Shown: in pieces, positions 53,944 to 64,000 of the stretch
How positions within the stretch are numbered: the stretch's first letter is position 1
How the letters are laid out: the number at the start of each line of letters is the position of its first letter
Made by a program: the position numbers and the translations under genes
Source of the DNA: Prasinococcaceae sp. CCMP 1430
Lineage: Eukaryota; Plantae; Prasinodermophyta
Reading direction: 5' to 3'
Assembly: GCA_013416795.1 (NCBI GenBank)
Contig: RQSC01000308.1
Coordinates: 37,884 to 101,883 of the forward strand
Length of the DNA: 64,000 bases
The notes under the pieces: model-generated
Told to the model about the DNA's origin: nothing
The model's input: only the letters and a program-made list of their open reading frames with translations
Database searches by the model: none

Positions 53944-55404
53944 TCACTGGCGCGTGTAGAAGAGCAAATACGCGGTGTCCGCGTCGCCCTCCAGGACACG
54001 GCGCTGGGAAATGTCATCGACGAGAGAGTCGTCGCATCGAAGCCAACCGCCCGTCTGCGTTCGCACGTCGGCCACATAGTGGCCGTTGTTGAGAGAGGCG
54101 CCCATGTGACACACCACGGCAGTGAGCGTGTACGTTCCGCAAGCACGTACGCCAGCGCGCCCACCCGCAAGCGTACCGGGCGGCGGCCTGAGTTGCGCGG
54201 CGAGGCGCACTGGCCTTGCGCGCTTTGATGCTCCCACCGCGCCAAATGCGAACCGATTGAGGTGCAGCACGAGCACCGGCGGCAGCGAGCGTAGGCTGAG
54301 AGTCTTTCGCGCGAGGGTGGGGTGGGAGCACCCCTCTGGCGTGTACTCGACCTCGTCAGAGTAACACATTGCGGCGAGCAGCGACTCAACCGTCGCGACG
54401 CTGCCACCGATGTAGCTTCCGGCTACATCCGCATCTGGGATATCGAGCGTGAGTAGCGTAAATGGCTGCACTGTTGTTGAGGCGCGCGCTGAGTCGGCGC
54501 GAACGGTGCTGAGCACCTCACCCTGCATGAGTGCTGCGATGGCCGATGTAATCGCTGTTGCTGCTACTGCCGCGTCAGCATCGTTCCCCATGTCGCCGCC
54601 GACGTGTCGCGTGGAGCCCAGCGAGCGCCCTTTCGTGCCGACCTCCTCCCATTCATCAGCGCCAGCGTTGCTGCCACCACTGGCAGGTTGCTGCTCCCCC
54701 TCTTGCCCGTCGCCGGACCGAGCCCCTGCACCCTCCCTCTGGCGGGCCTTTACCTGCATTGCTGCGAGCTCGATATGCAGCGAGTCCAGGACGAACGTGA
54801 GCAGCTCCTGCGCGTCTTGCTGGGTGCTCCCGTGGCCGTCGCGAAATCTGCGCAGGCTCTCATCGAACGCACGCGGGCGCATGGTCTGCACAGGGCCGTT
54901 GGACCATCCGCCGGCGCCTGTGCCGCCGCGGTTCCGGTGTCGCCTGCTCTGCCCCACCACCTTGTTGTCCCCGCTTCCTGCAGCGAGTGGCAGGTCGGCG
55001 ACAAAGTCGAGCAACGCCGCGAGCATTGGCGCACCCGCCTTCTGTACGAGCACCGATGGCGCGTACGTCGCTCGGAGCGCCTCGACGAGCGCACGCAGCG
55101 GGGGGAGGGCCAGCAGCGCCTGCAGGACGGCGTTTAGGAAGCACGTATTGCCCGTGTTCACGAGCCCCGCGTGTACGGCCGCTGCGGGCGTGCCCGCGCC
55201 GCACCAGGGCGGGATGCCATCCCCATCACCGCGGCGCGCCGCTGTGGCAAACGCTGCCGCCGCGCGGCCGACGGCAGCGGCGGCAGAGTCCGCGTCCTTG
55301 GGCCTCTCGTCTGCCGCCGCTCCCCACGGGCCCTCGTCCCCGCCCTCTGCTTGCCCGCGACGGTCGCCAGAGCCGCCGCCGCCGCCAGCCGCTGCGGCCA
55401 CCAC
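53944..55404 (-). CDS. Ubiquitin-specific protease (USP10/UBP24-like); 5' exon unresolved
   Basis: Cys box GLVNTGNTCFLNAVLQAL; QQDAQELL; His box VVCHMGASLNNGHYVADV; WLRCDD. Confidence 0.9.
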   Translation of the reverse strand: MVAAAAGGGGGSGDRRGQAEGGDEGPWGAAADERPKDADSAAAAVGRAAAAFATAARRGDGDGIPPWCGAGTPAAAVHAGLVNTGNTCFLNAVLQALLALPPLRALVEALRATYAPSVLVQKAGAPMLAALLDFVADLPLAAGSGDNKVVGQSRRHRNRGGTGAGGWSNGPVQTMRPRAFDESLRRFRDGHGSTQQDAQELLTFVLDSLHIELAAMQVKARQREGAGARSGDGQEGEQQPASGGSNAGADEWEEVGTKGRSLGSTRHVGGDMGNDADAAVAATAITSAIAALMQGEVLSTVRADSARASTTVQPFTLLTLDIPDADVAGSYIGGSVATVESLLAAMCYSDEVEYTPEGCSHPTLARKTLSLRSLPPVLVLHLNRFAFGAVGASKRARPVRLAAQLRPPPGTLAGGRAGVRACGTYTLTAVVCHMGASLNNGHYVADVRTQTGGWLRCDDSLVDDISQRRVLEGDADTAYLLFYTRQ

Positions 55405-55667
55405 CGCAACTGCTCCCGCCGCCGCCGCCGCCCCGCCGCCCAGCGCTCAACGGGACCGTTTGGGTTTTGATTGGGGTATGTACTGTACAGTACTGTAATG
55501 TCTACACAGTAGAGGGTTCACATCATCATTGTCCTAGAGCCGGATCTGGCAGGTCGTACGGAGTTCGGATCAGCGTCGCGCAGGGTACGAAGGGGTACGC
55601 ACCTGGCGAAGTTGGTGCACGGACGTGGAGCACTTGAAAAGTTACACGGGCCCCAAGCTGGGGGCGC

Positions 55668-56492
55668 TCACGTGAGACCAGCCGTGTGCCTCGCCCCTGC
55701 CCGCGCCGCGCCGTCGGCGCCATCAGCGCCGCCCGCCCGAGCGCCCCCGCCGCCGCCCGAGCCGCCGCGCTCGCCCTGCCGCCTCCTGTGCTCGCGTTGC
55801 TCGACCACCTCGGCGCACATCTTGTCGAAGCCGGTCTGCTGGTCAAGCTCCCCCCACTCATCGTCGTCGAAATAGGATTGGATGCCGCGAGCGCCATCCG
55901 ACGGACGGCCGAGGTCGTACGCGCTGCCTGGGCCGCAACTGTGTTCGGGTCTGCGGAAGGACTGCTGCGTCGCCTCCTGCACTACCTCCCTTGCGACCTT
56001 CACCGCTCGCTGTTTCGTCTTGAACTTGGAGCGCATAGCGCGCGTGCGGTACTGGAGCAGGTCGCGCAACATGAGGGCGCCAAACGCGCACACGAGCACA
56101 AGAATGGACCCTGTATACGTAGAAGTGGCCTGCGAGTACCACCGCAGCGCGGCTTTGAGGTGGGGGAGCACGTTCGCAGCTAGCCAGTTGAAAGCGATGG
56201 CCGCGAGCCCCTCGGCGGCTGCTGCCGCAGCCGACAATGCGCCTGAAATCGAGCGCAGTCGAGCCTCGGGCCACGCGCTGCCCTCGCGCGCGTGCCGCGC
56301 AAGGTCAGTGCCGACTGACGTGAGTGCAGTGGCCACGGCGAGGCGCACCAGCCCACCGGCGCCCAGGGCTGACGATGCGAGGCGCCGCACCGCCGAGCAC
56401 GCGCCGTCGCGGCCCCTGCAGAGGCCGTCGCAGCCCATCCCCTCCTTGGCCTCCCTCGCCGGCAGGCGCACCCCACCCCAGCGGCCAATCAT
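55668..56492 (-). CDS. Hypothetical membrane protein
   Basis: ORF with a hydrophobic segment (ILVLVCAFGALML) then a basic helix; sense TGTAA about 22 nt after the stop. No family recognised. Confidence 0.45.
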   Translation of the reverse strand: MIGRWGGVRLPAREAKEGMGCDGLCRGRDGACSAVRRLASSALGAGGLVRLAVATALTSVGTDLARHAREGSAWPEARLRSISGALSAAAAAAEGLAAIAFNWLAANVLPHLKAALRWYSQATSTYTGSILVLVCAFGALMLRDLLQYRTRAMRSKFKTKQRAVKVAREVVQEATQQSFRRPEHSCGPGSAYDLGRPSDGARGIQSYFDDDEWGELDQQTGFDKMCAEVVEQREHRRRQGERGGSGGGGGARAGGADGADGAARAGARHTAGLT

Positions 56493-57267
56493 GCCAGTGC
56501 CACGCGCCTGCTGCGCGTGCGCGCACCGTGTGCCAGCGCCGTGCCGCCGCAATAGGCCGCGTTCGCTCTAGGGGGGGGAGGGGGGACTGGGGAGGTGGGA
56601 TCCAAGGGGCACGCGCGGCGCGCGGCCTGGCCTTCGCCACCGGTGCGGGCGCCGCACTTATGTGTTTTGACGTATACTTGCTCTCCCGTGGCTTGTTCAT
56701 GTCAAACGCATTGGGCGGCGCGCCCGTTCCCCGAACGCGCGCCGGTTCGCCGTGCGCGTCTGCGCTCAGCAGGCGGACGCCCCTTTCGTGGGTTGGGCCA
56801 GCTTTTGTTCGGCAGACGGCGTCCACGTAGCGCCGTTGCCGCGCGCCACCCGCGTGTCGCGCGGATCGACGTGGCGATCGGAGGGGCAGCGAGCGAGGAT
56901 CAAAAAGTGCACGCCGCAGCGCCAGCGCGCCCGGGTGTGCGTGTGGCCGGAAGCACCTGGCGGCGGCGCGCGGCGCGCGCGCGCCCGCGCTGAAGGAGGT
57001 GGGGTGCGTGGAAGGGGTGGGGGGGTGGCGGGGCGCAGGGAAGGGGACGCGATGCGTCCAGGAGCGCGCAATCTTGCGGGGCGGGTTGGCAGCTCTCGCT
57101 GTGCCAGTGCGGCGTCCCGCGCCGCGCGACGTGGCGCGGGCGACCACAAGGCGGTGACCACCCCGCTCGTTCCGCGCTGCGAATTGCGAGGCTTGGGAGC
57201 CATGGCGTCCAGTGCGCTGGCGCGCTCAGTGTGCCGCTTCGAGCAGGCGTCTGGGCACGGCGCAGCC

Positions 57268-59712
57268 ATGCGCGGCGTGTGGCTTGCAGGATTTCTCGCG
57301 CTTTGCGCCCTCGCCAGCCTCCCCCTCCCCGCTGTAGCTCAGTCGATGCTTCCGCTTCAGGCGAGTCCCCTCGTGGACGTGGGCGAGCGCCTGCCTAACG
57401 AGTACCTCTCAGAGCGCTTCCCGGTGTGCGCGCCCACGGCTTCGGCCGGCTCGAGCGTGTCCCTCGGAGATGCGCTCGGCGAGCGTGTGGTGGTCGTGGC
57501 CACCTACTACGTGGGCTGCAACCCCGGGCGAACTGACGCGCCGACGTACGCTGCCTTGGCGAGCAAATTGAGCGCGCTGCCGCCCACCGCCGGCAAGGTC
57601 ACTTTCCTCAGCTCTCTCAAGGGCGGCGTGAATTCCGCGCGCTGCGAGTCGTGGGCCGCGCTCGGCGGCGCGGCTGGCGACCAGCCTATCACAATTGACG
57701 ACGAGCATCGTTCTCTGCACTACAAGCTCTTCGAGGACAGGCACCCGGAGTACGCGTTGATCGACCACTGCGGAACTTTCCGATACAGGATTGGGCCGCT
57801 CTATGCCAACGCCACAGGCAGTGATGCGGCCGCCGGTGAAAGTCCCGTGCTCAACGCGCACGTTCTCGAGGATTTCGTAGAGGAACTCGTCGCCGAGGTC
57901 GGACAGGAGTGCCCGGGACCGGCGGGTGAGGGGGATGACGCCGTTGTGCGCACGGGTGGCTCGAGCGCTCTCGACATCGTGTACGGTGCCCGCTACGGAA
58001 CGCCCCAGCATGAGACAATCAAAGAGCCAGCTACTGAGGTTCCCGTGGCCACGTGTGTCACCGCCGGGGACGAGCCGCGTGTGTCCTTCGGCGAGTCAGC
58101 GACCGTGGTAGCCGCCGGCATATCGCACCACCTCTCCTTCCCGCGTACGCTATCCATCAATCCACTGGAGCCCTCCGAACTGTGGGTGGGAAACAACAAC
58201 ACCGACGGCGTGGCCGTGCTCACGCTCGGTCCCGACGGTGTGGCCCTCCCAGGCCTGGCGGGTGCTCAGCGGCGGCGCGACCGCGCGCCGTACCACTACA
58301 TGGATCGTCTGTCCCAGCTATCGTTCGATCAGCGCGGCTTCTTCGCGACCTGCCAGGAGAGCACCAACAACTACGAAGGCCTCATGCGCTCAAATTTGTT
58401 CATGGGACCCACTCTCTACCACGCGGACAGACGCGTGCTCGTGACGCAAATGGGTGAAATGTGCCCACACGCGCCAGATGCTGCAGAGTCTGAGGATGGC
58501 TCCGAGCGTTGCTACTTCCAGCACTCCGACATGTTGCACGAGTCCCCGCAGTGCATGGGCATCGTGCACGACCCCGAGCACAACACGCCCTACAGGAACG
58601 TTTACTGGGCTTTCGATGGTTTGAACTCGAGCCTGATACGGTATGACTTCGAGAAGCCCCATGGACCTGGCTACCTTGACCACAGCCTGGCGAGCGTCCG
58701 CCGGTACCCCGAAGTACACCTCACCCGCGTCGCGGGTGTCGTGGGTCATTTGGCCATGGACGGCACCAAGCGCGTGCTTTACGTGGCAGATACGGGCGCC
58801 GGTCGCGTGGTGGCCATCAGCGCGGACAGCGGCCGCTTCGAGGTCACCGCACGCTCCGACCTCGGCGGCGAGTTCGTCATCTGGTCGAGCCTCAACTCGA
58901 CTTTCGAGTACTCCACGTACGCCTGCGTTGACCACTACGACCTAGCGGCGGGCTTGCAGCATCCCGCTGGCGTTGCAGTTGCGGAGGCAGCTGGCGTCGT
59001 CTTCGTGGGCGAGCACGGCAGCGGTCACATTGTCGCACTGGATGCTCACGGCGCCACGGCCGAGGGTAGCATCGGCGGTGCTGAGCTCGCGCGCTTCGAC
59101 ACAGGTGCAACAGGTCTAGTGGGGTTGCACTACGATGCAGCTACCTCGAGGCTATACTACACGGACGCTCCGAGCGACAGTGTGAGCTTCGTGGATGTTA
59201 CACTGTGCAAACACGCGGATGTCGCCGGCAGCGGGGCCGGCCCAGTTGACGGCGGGGCAGCCCTCCGCACAGGGTTTCCGGCGCGCGTGTGTGGCGCTGA
59301 GAATGGCACGCTCGGCATTGCTATTGACCATGTGTCGCACGACGACGGCTACCAGAACATGACCATGCTGGGTGTCGAGTACGGCTTTCGCACCGACTGC
59401 GAGAACATCAACAACGACCTGCTGCTGATGTCGGGGTACCTGTGCCACACGTGCCTGCCCGATCCTTGTGCGGAGATGGGCCACGGTGCCTGCACCAACG
59501 TGCCGTACAAGGGCTATGAGTGCGCCTGCAGCGGTGATTACAGCGGCTCGGACTGCCACGTCGCCCCCAGCGAGGAGGCGAACGGTGATGGAGAGGGCGG
59601 CGAGGGTAGCGAGAGCGAGGCGTCCGGGAGCACGCGCGCGCGCGTGCCCGTCTTCGCCGCCGCTGCGGCTGCGACCGCCGCGGGCGTGCTCGGGGCGTCA
59701 TGTGCGCTGTAG
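57268..59712 (+). CDS. Secreted or membrane-anchored protein: redoxin-like domain, beta-propeller, EGF-like domain, hydrophobic tail
   Basis: Signal peptide MRGVWLAGFLALCALASLPLPAVA; VVVVATYYVGCNPG...ITIDD...YALID; propeller motifs LYVADTGAGRV, LQHPAGVAV, LYYTD; EGF CAEMGHGACTNVPYKGYECACSGDYSGSDC. Alternative ATG at 57202. Confidence 0.75.
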   Translation: MRGVWLAGFLALCALASLPLPAVAQSMLPLQASPLVDVGERLPNEYLSERFPVCAPTASAGSSVSLGDALGERVVVVATYYVGCNPGRTDAPTYAALASKLSALPPTAGKVTFLSSLKGGVNSARCESWAALGGAAGDQPITIDDEHRSLHYKLFEDRHPEYALIDHCGTFRYRIGPLYANATGSDAAAGESPVLNAHVLEDFVEELVAEVGQECPGPAGEGDDAVVRTGGSSALDIVYGARYGTPQHETIKEPATEVPVATCVTAGDEPRVSFGESATVVAAGISHHLSFPRTLSINPLEPSELWVGNNNTDGVAVLTLGPDGVALPGLAGAQRRRDRAPYHYMDRLSQLSFDQRGFFATCQESTNNYEGLMRSNLFMGPTLYHADRRVLVTQMGEMCPHAPDAAESEDGSERCYFQHSDMLHESPQCMGIVHDPEHNTPYRNVYWAFDGLNSSLIRYDFEKPHGPGYLDHSLASVRRYPEVHLTRVAGVVGHLAMDGTKRVLYVADTGAGRVVAISADSGRFEVTARSDLGGEFVIWSSLNSTFEYSTYACVDHYDLAAGLQHPAGVAVAEAAGVVFVGEHGSGHIVALDAHGATAEGSIGGAELARFDTGATGLVGLHYDAATSRLYYTDAPSDSVSFVDVTLCKHADVAGSGAGPVDGGAALRTGFPARVCGAENGTLGIAIDHVSHDDGYQNMTMLGVEYGFRTDCENINNDLLLMSGYLCHTCLPDPCAEMGHGACTNVPYKGYECACSGDYSGSDCHVAPSEEANGDGEGGEGSESEASGSTRARVPVFAAAAAATAAGVLGASCAL

Positions 59713-59826
59713 AGAAGACGAGAGCGGTTTTCATCGTCGCTGCGGCCGCCGCAGCCGCCACTTGTACATTTGTTGTTTTTATACCGAGGGCGTCGAAGGC
59801 GGCAGCGCGCGCGAGCTCCCCTTCCA

Positions 59827-60946
59827 TCACGAGTACAGTCTGTCCGGGTCGAAGCCCGGAGGGGGCTCGGGGCCGAACACTGTTGGTTCGGGATCGAACG
59901 CCTTGCCGTACGGGCCCCCGGCGGCGCGTGTCTCAGCTGGCGCGCCGGTCCCCGCGGCCTGCTCCGCGTCGTTGAACAGCTGCGCGAGCGGCTCCACAGC
60001 GTCGCCCCCAGCGAACGCCCGGATGAGGTCCTCCGTGGACGCCTTCTGGTGCTGCTTGCCGTTGCCGCCGATGAAGACGCGCTTGATCTGTACGTATTCG
60101 CGCGATATCGTGCGCATGGAGTTAATGAGCACGTCGAAGCACGTCTGGTCGGCGGTGCCGATGTCGAACCAGCAGCGCCCCCAGTGCTTGTCAAACTGGT
60201 CGGTGAGGTGGGGGCGAGGATGCGCGCAGTCAGCGCACGCGAGCGAGGGCACGAGCAACGGCGAGCGCGTGCGCGCTCGTGCTCGGGCGCGACCACGGCG
60301 CGGCCTGCTGCGCGGCGCGGCACACCTGCGGGTCCTTGAGGTCATGGAAGTGCGCGTCCAAGGATGCAGCCGCATGGTCACGGTCGTACGCCAGCGTCGC
60401 GAGCGAGTCGGAGACGGCCTCCGTCTGGGCGTTGGTGGCGTTGAAGCCGCCGAGGTTGCCCAGGATGTACCACGCCTTGAACATCTGGTCGAAGCAGTTG
60501 CGGTGCTCGTCATTGAGCGGCTCAGCGCACTCGAACTCGATCCACAAGTCGAAGGGATCAAAGGGCTCGAGAAACTTGACGTCCATCTCCACGTCTGCGC
60601 CTCCACGCGGGCGCAGGTGCTCGCCCTGGCTCTCCTCGAAGCGCGCCTTGATCTTCGCCTCGAGCTCGGCGTTGCTCTCCGTGCCGTCGAGGATCGCCTG
60701 CAGCTCGGGGTCGGGGCTGTCGCCGCTCAGCTGCTCGCGGAAGATGTCGTGCCACGACGAGTACTCCTCGCGCGCGCCGGCGCCTTCACCCCCTGCCGGC
60801 CGCACGCTGTCCCACGCGGCGGCGCCCCCGCCGCCGCCGCCACCCGCCGCACGCGCCACCAGGGTCAGCTTGCTCAGCGCTGACGGCGGGCACTCCCCCG
60901 ACCTCTGACGCGCGCGCGCCGCCGCCGCTGCCGCCGCCGCGCCCAT
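59827..60946 (-). CDS. DUF3531 plastid protein, exons 60946-60326 and 60195-59827
   Basis: FDPFDLWIEF, WYILGNLGGFNATNAQ, WGRCWFDIGTAD, DVLINSM, IKRVFIGG; phase-0 intron with CTGAC. Confidence 0.85.
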
Positions 60947-61522
60947 GCTCGCCGCGCGAGGGGAACGAGCGAGCGAACGCGCGAGCGAGCGAGAGCGAGA
61001 GAAGCGACAGTCCTCAACCTCCCCCCCACCCCACCCCTCCACCCGCCTGCACCCCGCCCGCGCCGCGCCGCGCGACGTCTGGCGCAGCCGCCGCACAGCA
61101 GCCGTGCCAACCAACAACAAACAACGGAGAAAAGTGTACGAAAAGGCCGAAAAGCCCTCATCAAAAGTGCGCACGTGGACTGAGCACGTGCGGCTGCACC
61201 GCCCGGCGAGGGGCCATCAAAACGCACCGAAAACCTTCGAGCAACGCCCGCCGCGGAGATATAACGAACGATACGTGGTCACAGACAACCACGGGCGCCG
61301 CCGTTGACGGGCGTGCGCGCGCGCGCTTCGCCCCTTGGTCGGACCGAACCCGCAGAGGGTCTACGAAGCTCCGGCGCGCGGCCCAAGGCGGCGGAGGCGA
61401 TGGGGTCGTTGGCGGCGTTGGGCGACTACGTGTGAGGAGGCTTACAGCGCCGGCGCGCGCGCGCGCCCGCGCGTGCACCCGAGCGGCGCCGGCCGGCGCC
61501 CACTCTGGTTTGGCGCCTTCGA

Positions 61523-63799
61523 CTACCCCGAGGCCGCGACCTGCTTCTCTTTCCGCCGCTTGTTGGCCTGGCCGACCGCCGCGAGCAGCAGCTCCGGCGC
61601 GTACCGCGGGTTGCCGTCGTGGGTGTCGCAGTCCTCGCAGAAGCTGAGCAGGATGGTATCGACGGCCATCTCGTACACGAGGAAGAAGCAGCTGGCCACG
61701 TGAAACGCGAACAGCACCGTGAAGATGACCGGGAAGCACGGGCTGGACACCTGCTCCGAATCCTCGGTGAACATGTTCTGATCAAGCAGAACGAATGTGA
61801 GGATGCCGCAGCCAGCTGAGATCAGAAGCTTGCCCAGGAAGGGCAGCGCATCGCCCACGGTGTTGACGGCGACCACGCGCAGCGCGTTGCGCACGAGCAG
61901 CCCCGCGGCGTGGCTCACGCTAGAGCAGTATCCCTTGCCCTTGACGGCGATGAGGATGTAGGCGTTCCGGTTGAGGAACTTGACGATCTTCTCGAGGTAC
62001 CACAGGCAGTAGCGCACGCAGCACATAATGTACTTGAGCATCTGGTTCGTCTGCTGCGCGTCTTTGGTCTTCTTGTCGATGTACTCGACGATGACGCGAA
62101 CGAACTGGATGATGGCCACCACGAGTCCGCCGAAGCAAATGCTACCCAGGTGGTAGCGAAAGGTGCGCTTGAAGGCGGCGAATACCGGCATACCAGGCAT
62201 GGCATTGCTGTCGCCGCGTGCCCAGTAAAAAGTCGCCACGGCGCCCGCAATGGTCGTCAGCGCAATGCCAACTATCACCTGGTTGGTCCACAGGTAACCG
62301 AACAGGTGGTACAGGAACATGTAGCGGAGGTCCTCGCTCCATTCGCGTTGGTAGCTGTTGTCATCGAGAGCGCACGCGCCGGTGTGCACGTGTCGCGTGG
62401 CAAAGGTGTCAGCGCGCGCGCGCGTTGTGCGTCAAGGCGAGCGAGGGCACTCGAGGCATCTCGCGCCTGGAGGCGCTCGCATTGCCGAGCGCAAGAGGCA
62501 GCAGACGCACCCCCAGCAGTCCTCCTCTCCGGCAGCAAGCCCCGCGGCACGCGCAGCAACGTCGCAGGCTGGCGTCACGTCCGCCGCCGAGTATATCATG
62601 GCACCAATCAGCGCGAAGTACGTGATGAGGCTCGCGCTCATGAGGAATGGGATGAACGGGAAGAAGATGAGCAGCGGCATCGTGCCTATGGCCTGCGAGG
62701 CGACCTTGACGACCGCGATGGCTATCTTGATGCGCGGAATCAAGACGAGTGTGGCGAGGAGCAGCAGCCCCGCCAGTGCGCACGCGACATACGCGACATA
62801 GGTGAGCACCTCCTGATTTGCCTCGTCGGGATTCGTTATCGAGTCGGGGATGTCGTACGGAAAGACGCTGAGCTCATCCTCGCCGATGATGCCGGCCTTG
62901 AGCAGACAGAAGAGCGCGAGACCTGTCGTGGCGAGGTTGACCAGCAGGACGGTCAGCCACGCGAAGACGCCCGAGAAGTAGCGCAGCACCGCCACCCACA
63001 CGAAGCTGCCCACCAGCGGGACGGCCAGGCCGCAAATGAGCCACACGCGATAGGACTTGTACATGTCGCTGAAGCCGTCCTCGATGATTTGGACGGCACC
63101 GTAGCTCCACCTCGGCCCGTACGTTTCGAGGAGACGTGTTGTGTAATTCGCCGCGCCCTCGGCGTCCAGGTCGGGCACGCAGCGGTTGAGGGTCGCCGCG
63201 GTGGGGAGCACCACCCAGTCGCACCAGTCGAAGACGGTGTTGGGCGACAGCGGGTTGTCCTGGACGATGTCGAAGGCATACGCCGTCTTGTAGTACTCGG
63301 CCGGATTCGTGGCAGCGTCCAGAGACGTGTCGTACAAGCCCTTGTACGCGCAGACCAGCATTGTCTCGAGCTTGTCCCGGTCGCCGAGGATGCTGCCAAT
63401 GTCGACGCCCCCGTCAGTCAGCACGGCGGCGGTAGGGCACTCGTCCACACACACCGCCTTGGGGGCCGGGAGCTCGTCGAGGCTGGCGCCGCCCTGCACT
63501 GCCGCGAGCAGGAATGACGCGGGGTTCGCCCAGTGCAGATTCTTCCCGCGCCCGCCCTCGCCACAGAGCTCGCCGAAGCCGTCGTACGAGTACAGCAGCC
63601 TGTTGAAGTCTCCCTTGGCGACGCTCTGCTGCGCGACGTACGCCATGCCAACCCAGAAGGCGGTGAAGAGCAGGAGGAAGAAGATGTCGCGGCAGGAGCG
63701 TTCCGGCACGAAGGCGGCGTCATTGCCGCCGCCGGCCTTGGAGCCGGAGCCGGAGGAGCCGGACTCATCCCCCTTCTGCCTCCAGGCAATGATCGCCAT
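61523..63799 (-). CDS. CTL1: Choline transporter-like protein (SLC44), exons 63799-62511 and 62354-61523
   Basis: ERSCRDIFFLLLF, YSYDGFGELCG, RIKIAIAVVK, LYHLFGYLW, RYHLGSICFG, FLNRNAYI, YEMAVDTILLSFCED. Phase-2 intron gives EEDCWG|YQREW. Confidence 0.95.
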
Positions 63800-64000
63800 T
63801 GGCCGGCCGGGTGCTTCTGCGCGGCGGCCCGCCGCACGCGGCGCGGGCGCGCCAGGCGCATGCAGTGTGCGACCGCGCCGGCCGCCCCGCCTGTCGCTCG
63901 CCCGCCTCCCCCGTTCTCCGCCCCCATCCCTGCCTCCCGCCCCTGCAACGCGCTCGTGCACGATGGGCGAGCGGGCCAGCGGGCGAGCCGACCGCGCGTG

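Noticed and set aside
55480-55498. 14-bp palindrome GTACTGTACAGTAC with adjacent TGTAA
   Set aside because: Isolated; no terminal repeats or target duplication, and no plus-strand gene to assign the TGTAA to.
313-62510. Introner-type repeated introns
   Set aside because: The introns share only splice signals; I saw no extended similarity between them.

Overview
Gene-dense (~31 genes in 64 kb), very GC-rich nuclear DNA of a photosynthetic eukaryote. Plastid-pathway genes (GSA, ispF, DUF1997, DUF3531), short GT-AG introns with GTGCG donors and a CTGAC branch point, and TGTAA 3' signals point to a prasinophyte-grade green alga (inference). The assembly has five N-gaps plus a single n; several gene starts fall in them. 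Recognisable genes include POLA1, NAA40, a five-KH RNA-binding protein, ERV1, an AVT3-like transporter, a CrtI-type desaturase, a KOBITO1-like glycosyltransferase, GSA, ispF, MutT, Mpv17, NSL1, ERH, a NuSAP-like protein, a PZP/PHD chromatin protein, NDUFB10, CCX, an Sfi1-like repeat protein, a USP, DUF3531 and CTL1. I saw no rRNA, tRNA, CRISPR array or transposase. Best find: a spliced, signal-peptide-bearing, three-domain DsbD (61..2649, minus) whose membrane domain looks circularly permuted (alpha, TM3-8, thioredoxin, TM1-2), with all six redox cysteines kept and topology preserved. Other notable points: Pol alpha appears to have lost its C-terminal metal-binding cysteines; a bacterial/fungal-type CrtI; a NuSAP-like gene with a cluster of MSA-like AACGG motifs upstream; two recurrent intergenic motifs (AAACCTCAA, TTTTGACGT); and an uncharacterised secreted redoxin/beta-propeller/EGF protein. 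All family assignments come from motif recognition by eye, not database searches.
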